From an uncultured delta proteobacterium (GTDB lineage Bacteria; Myxococcota_A; Polyangia; Polyangiales; Polyangiaceae), in NCBI GenBank assembly GCA_963841435.1, contig CAWJCS010000006.1:1344001-1408000 (forward strand): a stretch of 64,000 nucleotides of DNA, given 5' to 3'. The notes beneath the pieces are model-generated. The model ran no database searches, was not told where the DNA came from, and saw only the letters and a program-made list of their open reading frames with translations. Below, in pieces: positions 50,059 to 60,600 of this stretch. The position numbers and the translations under genes are program-made. Positions within the stretch are counted from its first letter, which is position 1, and each line of letters opens with the position of its first letter.

Positions 50059-51417
50059 CTAGCCGTGGAGCGAGGCGCCGTTCGTGCGGATGACTTCGGC
50101 GTACCAGGCGGCGGAGGCTTTGGGGGTGCGCTTTGCCGTGGGGTAGTCGCAGTGGACGAGGCCGAAGCGGTGCTTGTAGCCGTGGGCCCATTCGAAGTTG
50201 TCGATGAGCGACCAGTGGAAGTAGCCCTCGACGGGGACGCCGTCGTCGATGGCGCGCTCGAGCTGCAACAGGTAGCGGCGCGTGAAGTCGATGCGCTCGG
50301 GGTCGTGGACCTTGCCGTCGGTCGAGAGCCAGTCTCGGCTCGAGAGGCCGTTCTCCGTGATGACGATCGGTAGGCCGTAGCGCTCGTGGCAGAAGCTCGA
50401 CGTGTAATACATCGCCTCGGGCACGATGTTCCAGTCGAACGCCGTGATGGGTTGGCCGACAGGGAAGGGGACGAGCTCGGACGAGCCGTCGGGTAGGGCG
50501 CGCACGAGATCGCCCGAGTAGATGTTGATGCCGAAGAAGTCGAGGCGCTGGGCAATGAGCTCTAGATCCCCGGCGCGCAGCGTCGGCACGTCGGCGCCGA
50601 AGTAGCGCCAGCCTTCCGCGGGATATTCGCCGAAATACACCGGGTCGAGCCACCAGGACATGGTCGAAAGGTGCTTGCCCGAGGTCGCGAAGAACGCGCG
50701 CCGTGCCGCTTCGAGGTCGGCGCGCGAATCGCTGGCGGGCACCTTCGGGTAGCTCGCGGGGGCGTAGCCGATGCGGCAGGGCTGTTTGGAGGTTGCGCGG
50801 ATGGCCTGCACGGCGCGGCCGTGCGCGAGCAGCGCGTGATGGCCCGCGCGCAAGACCTCGCGCAGGGCGAGCTGATCGCCGGGGGCGTGGCGCCCTTCGA
50901 GGTGACCGGAGTTGATGAAGAGCTGAGGCTCGTTCAGCGTCATCCAGTTCTTGACGCGGTCGGAGAGCTTTTCGGAGACGAGCTCGGCGTACTCGCCGAA
51001 CCATTCGAAGCTGTCGCGGTTGAGCCAGCCGCCCCGGTAGTAGAGCGCGAGCGGGTAGTCCCAGTGAAACAGCGTGACCCAGGGCTCGATGCCGGCGGCG
51101 AGCAACGCGTCGACCAGGCGGTCGTAAAAGGCCAGGCCCGCGGCATTCGGCGTGCCCGTGCCTTCGGGCAGCACGCGGGGCCAGGAAACGCTGAGGCGGT
51201 ACGCTTTGAGGCCCATCGCCTTCATCAGCGCGACGTCTTCGGCGTAGCGGTGGTAGTGGTCGCACGAGACGTCGCCCGTTTGCCCCTGCCAGACGGCGCC
51301 GGGCTTGCGACAGAACATGTCCCAAACGCTCGCGCCCTTGCCGTCGGCGTAGGCGGCGCCCTCGATCTGGTAGGACGCCGCCGCGGCGCCCCACGCGAAC
51401 TGTTGGGGGAACGTCAT
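50059..51417 (-). CDS. GH1 beta-glucosidase
   Basis: FAWGAAAASYQIEG, TLNEP, ITENG, WSLIDNFEW. Confidence 0.95.
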   Translation of the reverse strand: MTFPQQFAWGAAAASYQIEGAAYADGKGASVWDMFCRKPGAVWQGQTGDVSCDHYHRYAEDVALMKAMGLKAYRLSVSWPRVLPEGTGTPNAAGLAFYDRLVDALLAAGIEPWVTLFHWDYPLALYYRGGWLNRDSFEWFGEYAELVSEKLSDRVKNWMTLNEPQLFINSGHLEGRHAPGDQLALREVLRAGHHALLAHGRAVQAIRATSKQPCRIGYAPASYPKVPASDSRADLEAARRAFFATSGKHLSTMSWWLDPVYFGEYPAEGWRYFGADVPTLRAGDLELIAQRLDFFGINIYSGDLVRALPDGSSELVPFPVGQPITAFDWNIVPEAMYYTSSFCHERYGLPIVITENGLSSRDWLSTDGKVHDPERIDFTRRYLLQLERAIDDGVPVEGYFHWSLIDNFEWAHGYKHRFGLVHCDYPTAKRTPKASAAWYAEVIRTNGASLHG

Positions 51418-51434
51418 CGAGGGCCGGCCGTAAC

Positions 51435-52517
51435 TCAGCGCGCGGCCGCTGTCACGGACGAACGCGCGGCGCGGCGAGCACGCACCGCGTCGGCGAGCTC
51501 GGCAAGCAGCGGCTCGGTGTCCGCCCAGCCGAGGCAGGCGTCGGTGATGCTCTGGCCGTACGTGAGGGCCTGACCGGGCTTCGTGTCTTGCCGCCCGCTG
51601 ACGAGAAAGCTCTCGAGCATCAGGCCGAGCACTCGGGTCTCGCCCCGGGCGACGCGCGCCGCTACGTCTCTTAGCACCTCGGGCTGGCGCGAGGGGTCCT
51701 TGCCGCTGTTCGCATGGCTGCAGTCGATCATCACCCGCGCGGGTAAACCTGCGCTCTTCAGGGCGTTTGCGGCCTCGGCGACGTGGGCCTCCGAGTAGTT
51801 GGGGCCGCTCGTGCCGCCCCGGAGGATCACGTGACAGTGCGGGTTGCCCTTGGTGCTGACGATCGCCGCCAGGCCCTGCTTGGTGACCGAAAGGAAGTGG
51901 TGCGGCGATTGAGCCGAGCGCACGGCGTCGACGGCCACCTGCACCGAGCCGCCCGTGCCGTTCTTGAATCCGACGGGCATCGAGAGCCCGGACGCGAGCT
52001 CGCGATGGACCTGGCTTTCGGTGGTGCGGGCGCCGATGGCGCCCCAGGCGACGAGATCGGCCAAAAACTGGGGTGTGATAGGATCGAGAAACTCGGTGGC
52101 GGTCGGCAGGCCGAGCGCCACCACGTCGCGCAGGAAGGCACGCGTCACACGCAGGCCGCGGTTGATGGCGAATGTGTCGTCGAGGTCGGGGTCGTTGATG
52201 AGCCCTTTCCAGCCCACCGTGGTGCGCGGCTTCTCGAAGTAGGTGCGCATGGCGACGAAAAGGTCGCCCTGGTGCCGATCGGCGAGCGCTTTCAGACGCG
52301 TGGCGTACTCGAGCGCCGCCTTCGTGTCGTGCACCGAGCAGGGGCCGACGACGAGCAGCAGCCGGTCGCTCTTCCCCTCCAGGATGGCGGCGATCTCGCC
52401 ACGGGCCGTGGCCACTCGGCGAGCCTGGTCCTCGGTGAGCGGCAGCTCCTCCATGAGGATGGCGGGGGGCAGCAGCGGCCGCAGATGGTCGATCCGGACG
52501 TCGTCCGTGGCAAACAT
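51435..52517 (-). CDS. aroG: 3-deoxy-7-phosphoheptulonate (DAHP) synthase, class I-alpha
   Basis: GPCSVHD, KPRTTVGWKG, IGARTTESQVHR, DCSHANS, YGQSITDAC. Confidence 0.95.
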   Translation of the reverse strand: MFATDDVRIDHLRPLLPPAILMEELPLTEDQARRVATARGEIAAILEGKSDRLLLVVGPCSVHDTKAALEYATRLKALADRHQGDLFVAMRTYFEKPRTTVGWKGLINDPDLDDTFAINRGLRVTRAFLRDVVALGLPTATEFLDPITPQFLADLVAWGAIGARTTESQVHRELASGLSMPVGFKNGTGGSVQVAVDAVRSAQSPHHFLSVTKQGLAAIVSTKGNPHCHVILRGGTSGPNYSEAHVAEAANALKSAGLPARVMIDCSHANSGKDPSRQPEVLRDVAARVARGETRVLGLMLESFLVSGRQDTKPGQALTYGQSITDACLGWADTEPLLAELADAVRARRAARSSVTAAAR

Positions 52518-52569
52518 GGTGCCGATGGACTCTAGCCCAGGCCCCCTTGCGTCGGGTATCGTTCGACCC

Positions 52570-52986
52570 ATGGAGCCCCGTCCGGGTTCGTCGGCAGCGT
52601 TGTTCGCCAAGTTGGCGGACTTCAGGAAGAATTGGATCAAAGGCGGCTGGAGCTGGGACAGCCGCTATTCCTGCGTGGCTTCTTCGTTGAATCACGACAT
52701 GGAAGCCGAGGCCCGTGCGGTGGCGCTCGCCTACCTGCCGTACGAGTGGACGTCGAAGACCATCGGCAGCGCGCCGCCCCTCGCGCGCGAGCTTGCCGAG
52801 TCGACGGGCGGCCTGCGTCCCGATCAGCGCCTCTACACCATGGACCAGCTGGGCCGCATCGTCGCCTTCGGTCTGTGGTGGCCCTGGGGTGACGAGATCA
52901 CGGTGTCGCTCCGCGTCGGCCTCGGCGGCTACGTCGGTGAGCCCGACCTCGCGCGCCTACGCGACACCTTCGGCGCGCTCGACTGA
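52570..52986 (+). CDS. Conserved hypothetical protein
   Basis: Trp-rich (WSWDSR, GGLRPDQRL, WWPWGD), 138 aa. Confidence 0.7.
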   Translation: MEPRPGSSAALFAKLADFRKNWIKGGWSWDSRYSCVASSLNHDMEAEARAVALAYLPYEWTSKTIGSAPPLARELAESTGGLRPDQRLYTMDQLGRIVAFGLWWPWGDEITVSLRVGLGGYVGEPDLARLRDTFGALD

Positions 52987-53003
52987 CGCGCGCGTCGCTC
53001 CGG

Positions 53004-53963
53004 TCACTTGACCGGCACGATGCCGCAGTCGACGAACTCGAGGCTCGTGTCGATGCGGAAGTGCGACTCCACGAGGTGACGCTCGGCCCAGAAGAAGTCG
53101 AGCCGGTATTGCTGACCGACCTGCAAACCCAGGGTATCGAGGTCGACGCTGCCCTCTTCGGAGTGGTGAATGCCGCCGAGATCGATGACGAGCGTCCCGG
53201 CAATGAAGGCCCAAACGTCGTCGTCGCCCACGAACTTGAACACCATGCCCTGCCGGTAGACGAAGTTCGTGTGAAGCTCGAACGTCATCGAGTAGTTGTG
53301 GGGGTAGCTGTTGGGGCCGAGCGTCGTGTTGCCCATGAGGCACGGCGTCTGTGGCATGGCGGGGCAGTTGGCGCCGTCGTCGAGCGGCAGGAACCCGGGC
53401 GAGCCCGTGCGGTCGAAGGTGTACACGCCGTTCGCGTCGGGCCCGACGAAGTCGAGCGTGTAGGGGATGGCCATGTTGACGCCGGGCGTGTCGACGAACC
53501 AGCTCGCGAAGGTCGACGGACCGTAGGTCGTGAGGGTGCCGCTCGCGGCGCCCGCGTACATGGGCTTCATGTCCGCGTTGACCATGCGCTGCACGATGCC
53601 GCGGTCGTCCATATTGACGGCGTTCGTGCCCTTGGGGCCGAGCTGGGGCTCGAAATCCTGGTTGGTTGTCGAGGTAAAATCGCGGAGGCGCCCCGTGAGC
53701 TGGGAGCCGAGCCCGTCGCACATGACGCCGCCCTGAATGCCGCCGCTGCCGCCGGTCGGCGAGCCCGAGCCGCCCGTCGCGCCGACGCCGATTGAGCCGC
53801 CAGACGTGACCACGGTGCCGCCCGTGGCGGCGCTGCCGCCGGTACCGGGCGCGTTGGCGACGGCGCCGGCGCCGCTGTCGATGCCACTGGTGGGCGGCGG
53901 CTCGCCCTGAGCGCTGCAGCCGATGGCGGCCGCCACCAGCAAAGTGAAGAGAGGGCCTCGCAT
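53004..53963 (-). CDS. Fibro-slime domain lipoprotein
   Basis: AIGC lipobox; LRDF, HNYSMTFELHTNF, FVGDDDVWAFI, DLGGIH, FFWAERH. Confidence 0.9.
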   Translation of the reverse strand: MRGPLFTLLVAAAIGCSAQGEPPPTSGIDSGAGAVANAPGTGGSAATGGTVVTSGGSIGVGATGGSGSPTGGSGGIQGGVMCDGLGSQLTGRLRDFTSTTNQDFEPQLGPKGTNAVNMDDRGIVQRMVNADMKPMYAGAASGTLTTYGPSTFASWFVDTPGVNMAIPYTLDFVGPDANGVYTFDRTGSPGFLPLDDGANCPAMPQTPCLMGNTTLGPNSYPHNYSMTFELHTNFVYRQGMVFKFVGDDDVWAFIAGTLVIDLGGIHHSEEGSVDLDTLGLQVGQQYRLDFFWAERHLVESHFRIDTSLEFVDCGIVPVK

Positions 53964-54035
53964 GCTGGGCTTTTAGCACGACTTCCGACGAGGTGCGGCT
54001 CGCCTCGCGCCGCGCCTGTTCTAGAGTGGCGCGCG

Positions 54036-55286
54036 ATGGCCCCCACCGTGGCCCCTCGCCCCGCCCACGCACCTCTCCGACCAGATCCCTCCCGGCGGCG
54101 GGCCCTCACGGTGGTGCTGCCAGTGAAACGCGGCGAGGAGGGTGCGCTCCGCGAGCGGCTCGAGGCGACGGCGAGCGACTTTCGCGCGCACCTCGTCAGC
54201 GTGCATTCGCTGCACTTCGCACGCCTCTCCCTCGTGCCGCAGGCTTCCCCGGAGGCGCCGAGCGCGCTTTTCTTCGAGACCACCTTCGACGGGGAGCCGA
54301 GCGAGCATCTGCGCGAGCTTCACCGAGCGGCGGGCCGCGAGCTCGACGGCATCCTCGCCCGCTGCGAAGGCTGGGATCCCGCGGCGGGGCGCGCGTCCTT
54401 CGAGCGGCTCGTGCGCGCCGGGGCTCAGCGCACCAGCGCGTTTTTTTCCGCTCACCCCGGGCTCGGCGTGGAGCAAATTCGGAGCGATGCGCGTCTGCAT
54501 GCCCGCGTGCGTGAGGTGCTCTTCCGAGAGCGAGGCTCGCTCGAGAGAAGGAGCCGGCTCGAGGTCCTCTTCCACGTGAAGCGCGTGCTCGGCGTGGAGT
54601 CGGGGGCGGTTTTCGCGAGCGTGCCGGACGTGCCGGCGCGCGTGACGGAGCCGTTCGGCGTCTTGCGCCTACTCGGGCCGCTCGCGCTCGCGCTCGTCGA
54701 GGACGCCGCGGTGCTCGTCGCGGAGCTCTGGGGCGGTGCGCCGCTCGTGCGGCGGGACCGGCCGCGCCGTGATCCCTGCGCGCTCTCGTTCACCGAGCCG
54801 CCGCCGCGTTCACTTGCCGTGGTGGCAGAGCTCAAGTCTGGGACTTTTCGCCGGCGCCTGCTGGTTCGCACGCTGCGCGCGCTTCAGGCGTTGTTTCAGC
54901 ACGGCGCGGCTCCGCGGGCGCTCCGAGGCATTCACGCGGTGCGCTGGGTCGTGCTCGGCGACGGGCGGCTGCTGTTCACCTCGTTTCACGACGGCAGCCT
55001 GCCGGCCCGGCTGTTCGCTCTCGAGCGCGCCGCGCGCGCCGCGCTCGGCCTCGTGGGGTCGTCGGTGCGCGGGTTCCCGCTTTCGTTTCACCAGTGGCTC
55101 GTGGGCCGTGGCGACGACGATCGGCTCCTTCTCTTCGTTCGCGCCCGGCAGCTGCCTTGCGCCGTCGCGTACTCGGCGTACCCCGGGCTCACCGTGCGCG
55201 ACGTGCGAAATAACGCAGAAATTCGCGAGATCCTCGCGGCCGAGCCGACCCCCGAGCTCGCTCGCCGGCTCCTCGAGCTCGTCTGA
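54036..55286 (+). CDS. Dyp-associated hypothetical protein with duplicated domain
   Basis: HFARL...LFFETTFDG and IHAVRW...LLFTSFHDG; AYSAYPGLTV; directly upstream of Dyp. Confidence 0.65.
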   Translation: MAPTVAPRPAHAPLRPDPSRRRALTVVLPVKRGEEGALRERLEATASDFRAHLVSVHSLHFARLSLVPQASPEAPSALFFETTFDGEPSEHLRELHRAAGRELDGILARCEGWDPAAGRASFERLVRAGAQRTSAFFSAHPGLGVEQIRSDARLHARVREVLFRERGSLERRSRLEVLFHVKRVLGVESGAVFASVPDVPARVTEPFGVLRLLGPLALALVEDAAVLVAELWGGAPLVRRDRPRRDPCALSFTEPPPRSLAVVAELKSGTFRRRLLVRTLRALQALFQHGAAPRALRGIHAVRWVVLGDGRLLFTSFHDGSLPARLFALERAARAALGLVGSSVRGFPLSFHQWLVGRGDDDRLLLFVRARQLPCAVAYSAYPGLTVRDVRNNAEIREILAAEPTPELARRLLELV

Positions 55287-55288
55287 CG

Positions 55289-56677
55289 ATGCGTGAGCTC
55301 GACAACGTCCAGGGCCTCGTGTTCTCCGGCTACGCTCGGCTGCCGTTCTCGCGCTACTTCTTCGTCCGCTTCGGCCAGGGTGACGCGCGCGGATTTCTCG
55401 GCGCGCTCGTCAATCGCGTCTCCAGCGCCGCGCGTGACGAGCGCGACGAGGAGCGACGGCTCAATCTGGCGCTCACGGCGAGCGGGCTCAGCGGCCTCGG
55501 TCTCGACGAGGAGTCCCTCGCGACCTTCGCGCCCGAGCTCGTGGAGGGCATGGAGCACCCCGAGCGCGCCGCGGCGCTCGGCGACGTGGGCGCCGACGCG
55601 CCGGCCACGTGGGAGATCGGCGGCGCCGGCACGCCGCTCGACGCGCTCGTGCTCTGCTACGGCGAGAGCCTCGCCGAGCTCGACGAAGAGGCGGAAGCGG
55701 TCTCCGAGCTGCTCGAACGTTACGACGTGGAGGCGCGAGCCGAGGACGCGTACCTGCCCGCCGACGGCAGGAGCCACTTCGGCTTCGCCGACGTGCGCTC
55801 GAACCCACGCTTTCAGCGGTTTTCGCTGGCGCGCCGCCACGCCTTCGACAAGGGCGTGCCGCTCGGGGAGTTCCTGCTCGGGCACGCGAACGCGCGGGGC
55901 GTGCGGCAAGAGGGCCCCCGCGCCCCGAGCAAGGTCGCCACGCGCGAGCTGCCGCCGCTGCTCGATCAGGGTCGCACGATGGACCTCGGCAAGAATGGCA
56001 GCTACCTCGTGTTGCGCAAGCTCGAAGAGGACGTGCTCGGCTTCCGGAGTTTTCTTGCCGAGCAGGGTGAGCGAGCGTTCCCGGAGCTGGGCGCGCGGGC
56101 GTCCGAGCGGCTTCTGGCGAGCCTCGTGGGGCGCTGGCCGAACGGCGCGCCGCTCGTGCTCGCACCCGAGGCGCCTCCCGCCGGGGCCGTCCCGCCGAAC
56201 GACTTCGGCTATCGGGACGTCGATCCGGAGGGGCTTCGCTGCCCGCTCGGCGCCCACGTCCGCCGCGCCAATCCGCGCGACGATCTCGAGGGCGAGGGCG
56301 ACGCCGCCGCGAGCCTGCGCCGCATGCGGTCGCACCGCCTGCTGCGCCGCGGGCGGCTTTACGGGCCTCGCACGCCGCCGTCGGCGGGCGACGCGCCGCG
56401 CGGGCTCTACTTCATGGCGCTCTGCACGAGCTTCTCGCGGCAGTTCGAGTTCGTGCGCGAGAGCTTGCTCGAGAACCCGAAGTACCACGGCCTTTACGAC
56501 GAACGTGACCCGCTCGTCGGTCGCCGGCGGCCCACGGACGCCGAGCCCGACGGATTTTCGATCCAGTGCGAGCCGTACGCCAAGCGCATCCCCATGCAGC
56601 GCTTCGTGCGCGTGCGAGGCGGCGCCTACCTGTTCCTGCCGAGCCTGCGCGCGCTCGCGTATCTGGCGGAGCCATGA
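55289..56677 (+). CDS. Dyp-type peroxidase
   Basis: VQGLV, HFGFAD, NGSYLVLRKL, GAHVRRANPR, RLLRRG, QFEFV, GGAYLFLPS. Confidence 0.9.
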   Translation: MRELDNVQGLVFSGYARLPFSRYFFVRFGQGDARGFLGALVNRVSSAARDERDEERRLNLALTASGLSGLGLDEESLATFAPELVEGMEHPERAAALGDVGADAPATWEIGGAGTPLDALVLCYGESLAELDEEAEAVSELLERYDVEARAEDAYLPADGRSHFGFADVRSNPRFQRFSLARRHAFDKGVPLGEFLLGHANARGVRQEGPRAPSKVATRELPPLLDQGRTMDLGKNGSYLVLRKLEEDVLGFRSFLAEQGERAFPELGARASERLLASLVGRWPNGAPLVLAPEAPPAGAVPPNDFGYRDVDPEGLRCPLGAHVRRANPRDDLEGEGDAAASLRRMRSHRLLRRGRLYGPRTPPSAGDAPRGLYFMALCTSFSRQFEFVRESLLENPKYHGLYDERDPLVGRRRPTDAEPDGFSIQCEPYAKRIPMQRFVRVRGGAYLFLPSLRALAYLAEP

Positions 56678-57519
56678 AACGACGCCGTGGGCTCGGCTCG
56701 GTCGACGGGCGCGTCGCCGTGGTGACGGGCGCGGCGAGCGGCATCGGTCGCGCCGTCGCGCTCACGCTCGCCGACCGCGGCTGCAAGCTCGGTCTGCTCG
56801 ACCGGGACGAGGCCGCCCTGTCCGAGGCGGCCGCTTCGGCCAGGGACCGGGGGGCCCGGGTGCGCGCTCGGCGCCTCGACGTGCGCGATGCGCCGGCGCT
56901 CGAGCGCTTCGCCGGCGAGCTCGCGGCCGACTTCGGCGCCGTGTCCCTGCTCGTCAACGCCGCGGGCTTCGCGTTGCTCGGGCCGCTCATGGCGACCTCG
57001 GCCGAAGACTTCAGGGCGCTCCTCGACGTGAACGTCGTCGGCACGGCGAACGCCTGTCGCGCGTTCGTGCCGCACATGGCCAGCGGGGGCGCAGCGATCG
57101 TCAACGTCGCGTCGGCGGCGGCGTTCGCGACGCCGAGCGGCCTGGTCGCGTACGGCGCCACCAAGCACGCCGTGCTCGGCCTCTCGCTGGGGCTCGCCGA
57201 CGAGCTCGCCGCGCAGGGCATCGGCGTGTGCGCGCTCTGCCCCGGCTTCGTCGACACGAACATCGCCGCGCACGCCGAGCTCCGCGGGGAGAACGACCCA
57301 CGAACGGCGCGCAGCGACGCGGCCCGCTTTCTTCGCACGCGCGGGCTCTCGGCCGAGCGCGTCGCCGAGGTCGCGATCCGCGCGGCCGAGCGGGGTGACG
57401 ATGTAGTTGCGGTGGGGCTCGAGGCGCACCTCTTCGAAGCGCTTGGTCGTTGGTCGCGGCGTGCCCCTTATGCGCTCATGGCGCTCCTCCGGGCCTTCGG
57501 CGCGCGCCAAAAGACGTGA
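56674..57519 (+). CDS. SDR family oxidoreductase
   Basis: TGAASGIG, VNAAG, YGATK, CPGFVDT. Confidence 0.92.
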   Translation: MKRRRGLGSVDGRVAVVTGAASGIGRAVALTLADRGCKLGLLDRDEAALSEAAASARDRGARVRARRLDVRDAPALERFAGELAADFGAVSLLVNAAGFALLGPLMATSAEDFRALLDVNVVGTANACRAFVPHMASGGAAIVNVASAAAFATPSGLVAYGATKHAVLGLSLGLADELAAQGIGVCALCPGFVDTNIAAHAELRGENDPRTARSDAARFLRTRGLSAERVAEVAIRAAERGDDVVAVGLEAHLFEALGRWSRRAPYALMALLRAFGARQKT

Positions 57520-57666
57520 CATTTGCGCAGGTCGCCCGCGCCTCGACCGCGCCTTCGATAAGTACCGTTGGGGACCAAAGATAACGGAGATTTACCGAGC
57601 GGATCCTGTACCCTCGCTAGTCTGCTCCTCGCCTCACAACGGAGCAGGGGAGCGGCTCCGTAAAGA

Positions 57667-60600
57667 ATGTCTTCGATCGCCCCGAAGTCGGAAGGTCGTC
57701 GGCGCGCTGTCAGCGCGCTCGCATTGAAGCTTTGGGAAATGGGGGAGGCGCTCGATGAGCGCGCCGGCAATCCCAGCGAGGTGCTCGACCTGCTCGTGAT
57801 GGCGCTCGGCAAAGGCGAGGACACCGCCGAGCTCTGGGACAAGCTGCACGAGTCCGCGACGCGCCACGGACAGACGACGGAGCTTGCCTTCGCCTACGAG
57901 CAGATGGCGGCCGACAAGCGCGTGAAGCTGATGCAGCCCGACCATCAGGCGCACCTGCATCTTCGCATGTCGTTCTTTCTCGCCGAGGCGCTCGGCGATC
58001 GCGAGGGAGCCGCGCTCGCTGCCGAGCGCGCGGTGACCGCCGTTCCGGGTCATCCGGAAGCGTTCGCGCTGCTCGAAGAGCTGCTCGCGGGTCCCGAAGG
58101 GGCTGCGCGGCTCGGTCGCCACTATTTCGACGCGAGCGCTCGAGCGGCGCAGCCGGCCGAGCGCCTCAGGCTCTTGCAGCGTGCGGCCGAAGTCGTCGCG
58201 AACGATCCGCAATCGTTCGATCTTGCCGTGGAGGTCGAGCAACAGCTTTTCGTGCTCGATCCGTCCAACAGCGCCGTCCGGGACGACCTCATGCAGCGGC
58301 TCATCGCGCGGGGTCGGCACCAGCAGGTCGTCGAGCTACTCGAGACGTCGCTGAGACGCGAGCCGCCGCCCGACGCCGACGAGGCGAAGCTCCTTCGCGA
58401 GCAGGCGATGGACATCTGCCTCGGCGTGCTGCACGACTCGCCGCGCGCCCTCGCGCACGTCGAGGGCATCCTCACGCTCTATCCGACCCACGCTCACGCG
58501 CGCAAGCTCGCCGAGGAGCTCCTGCCGCACCGGCAGCTCGGCTTGCGGGCGGCGGCGGCGCTCTCCACGGCGTTCGAGAAAACCGGTGAGGTGGAGCGCG
58601 CCGTCGAGATGCTCGGGCACGAGCTCACGCTCGTGCGGGGCCCGCGGCGCGTCGAGGTGCAACGCAAGCTCGGCATCCTGCGCCAGGACGTGCTGGCCGA
58701 TCCCGCGGGCGCGCTCGAGCTGCTCGGGCCCGTCGTGGCAGGCGATCCCGGCGACGATGATCTCAGAGGCCGCTTCGTCCAGCTGAGCCTCGAGCTCGGC
58801 CAGTCAGCGCAGGCCGCACGCCTTCTGTCCCGCGCCCTGCAAACGAGCCGGGACGCGGGGGTTCGGGCTCGCGTGGCCGCGGACGTCGGCGAGGTGTACC
58901 TGCGCTCGGGCGATTCGCGTCGTGCCGTTGCGGCCTTCCAGCAGGCTACGGAGATCGGCGCCGACGACGTGGGGTCGTTGCGCTCGGCCAAGCGTCTCAC
59001 GGAGCTGTTCGACGAGGCCAAGGAGCCGGCGCAGCTCGCCGCAGCGCTCGAGATCGTCACTCGCCTGGAGCCCGAGCTGGAGGATCGGCAACGCTCCGCG
59101 CGGCGGCTCGCCGAGCTCATCGAGCGGCAGCCGGGCGAAGCCGCGCGTGCCGCCACGGCCTGGCGCGCCCTGATCGGCTCGGCGTGGAACGCGGAGGCGC
59201 TCGATCGGCTCGAAGCCATCTACCGAGAGTCCGGCGACGAAGAAGGGCTCGCCGACGTGCTCGGTCTTCGCGCCGAGGCGACCTCGGATCCGGAGACCGC
59301 GCGCAGCCTCGCGTTCCAGGCGGCCGAGCTGCGCTCGAACCGGCCGCGCGACCGCGCCGCCGCGATCGACGCGTGGCTGACGCTCGCCACGCGCTTCGGG
59401 CACACGCCGGAGATCGATGCGCGTCTCCTGCCCCTGCTCGAGGCGGAAGGGCGTTTCGCCGATGTCGCGTTCGTGCTCGAGCGGCGTGCCGAGGCGGCGC
59501 CGCCCGAAGAGCGCACCGAGCTGCTCGTCCGGCTCGGCCAGCTGCGTGCCGGGCACCTCGCCGATACCGCCGGCGCCCTCGCCGCGTTCTCGGAGGTGAT
59601 CCGTACGAGCCCGAGCGAACCGAACGCGCGCGCGGCGCTCGAGCGACTGCTCGGCGCGGGCGAGCACCGGCTCGCGGCCGCGGACGTGCTCGAGCCGATC
59701 TACCGCTCCGAAAACGCCGCCGCCGAGCTCTTGCACGTCCTCGAAGTGCGCGCGGAGCTCGGCTCACCCGAGGAAACCTTCGCTCGCCTCGAAGAGGCGC
59801 TCACGCTTGCGCAGAACCCGCTCGAAAATCAGGACCAGGCGCTCGAGATTGCCGGCTGGGGTCTCGAGCGTGCCGTGGCGCTCAACGGCGACGTGCGTCG
59901 CTGGCTCGGCGAGGTCGAGCGGCTCGGCAGCGGGGCGAGCCAGTGGCGTGCGGTGTTTCTCGCCGATGCGCTGGCCGACCGCACGGTCGACACGCCCGAG
60001 CTCTTCGATCTCGCGCGTGCCGCCGGTGCCGGCCTGGCGCAGGCGGGGGATCTCCCGCGAGCCATCGAGGTCTATCGACGCGCGCTCGTCTACGCGCCGA
60101 GCTCGCGCGAGCTCTTGAATCGCGTCGACGAGCTGCTCGCGCAACAGGGCGCCCCCGAGCAGCGCCTCGGGCTCTACCTTTCGGCACTCGTCGAGGAGCG
60201 CGAGCCTGCGCGCCGCCGCGAGCTGCTCCACGCGATGGCCACGTTGCAGGGGCGAGAGCTCGCCGATCCGAGCGGAGCCCTGGCCACCTACCGCATGGCG
60301 ATCGGCGAGGACCCACGCGATCTCGTCGCGCACGACGCCATCGCGGCCGCGCTCTCCGCCGCGACGGACTGGAACGGCCTCTACGAAGAGCTCGCGCGCG
60401 TGTTGCCGCTCACCGAGGGCGAGCGGCGGAGCATGACGCTGCTTCGCCTGGGCGAGGTCGCCGCGCTGCGTGGCGATGCGGGCGCGGCGCTCGGCCACTA
60501 TCGCGAGCTCATGGAGGCGGCCGATCTCTCGGACGACGTGCTCGACATGGTGGAGCACCTCGCGCGCGAGTGTGGAGACGGCGAGACCGCGCGCGCGGCC

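Noticed and set aside
50059-52695. 878-aa GH1 fusion
   Set aside because: The upstream part is an alternative frame over the DAHP synthase gene; GH1 starts at 51417
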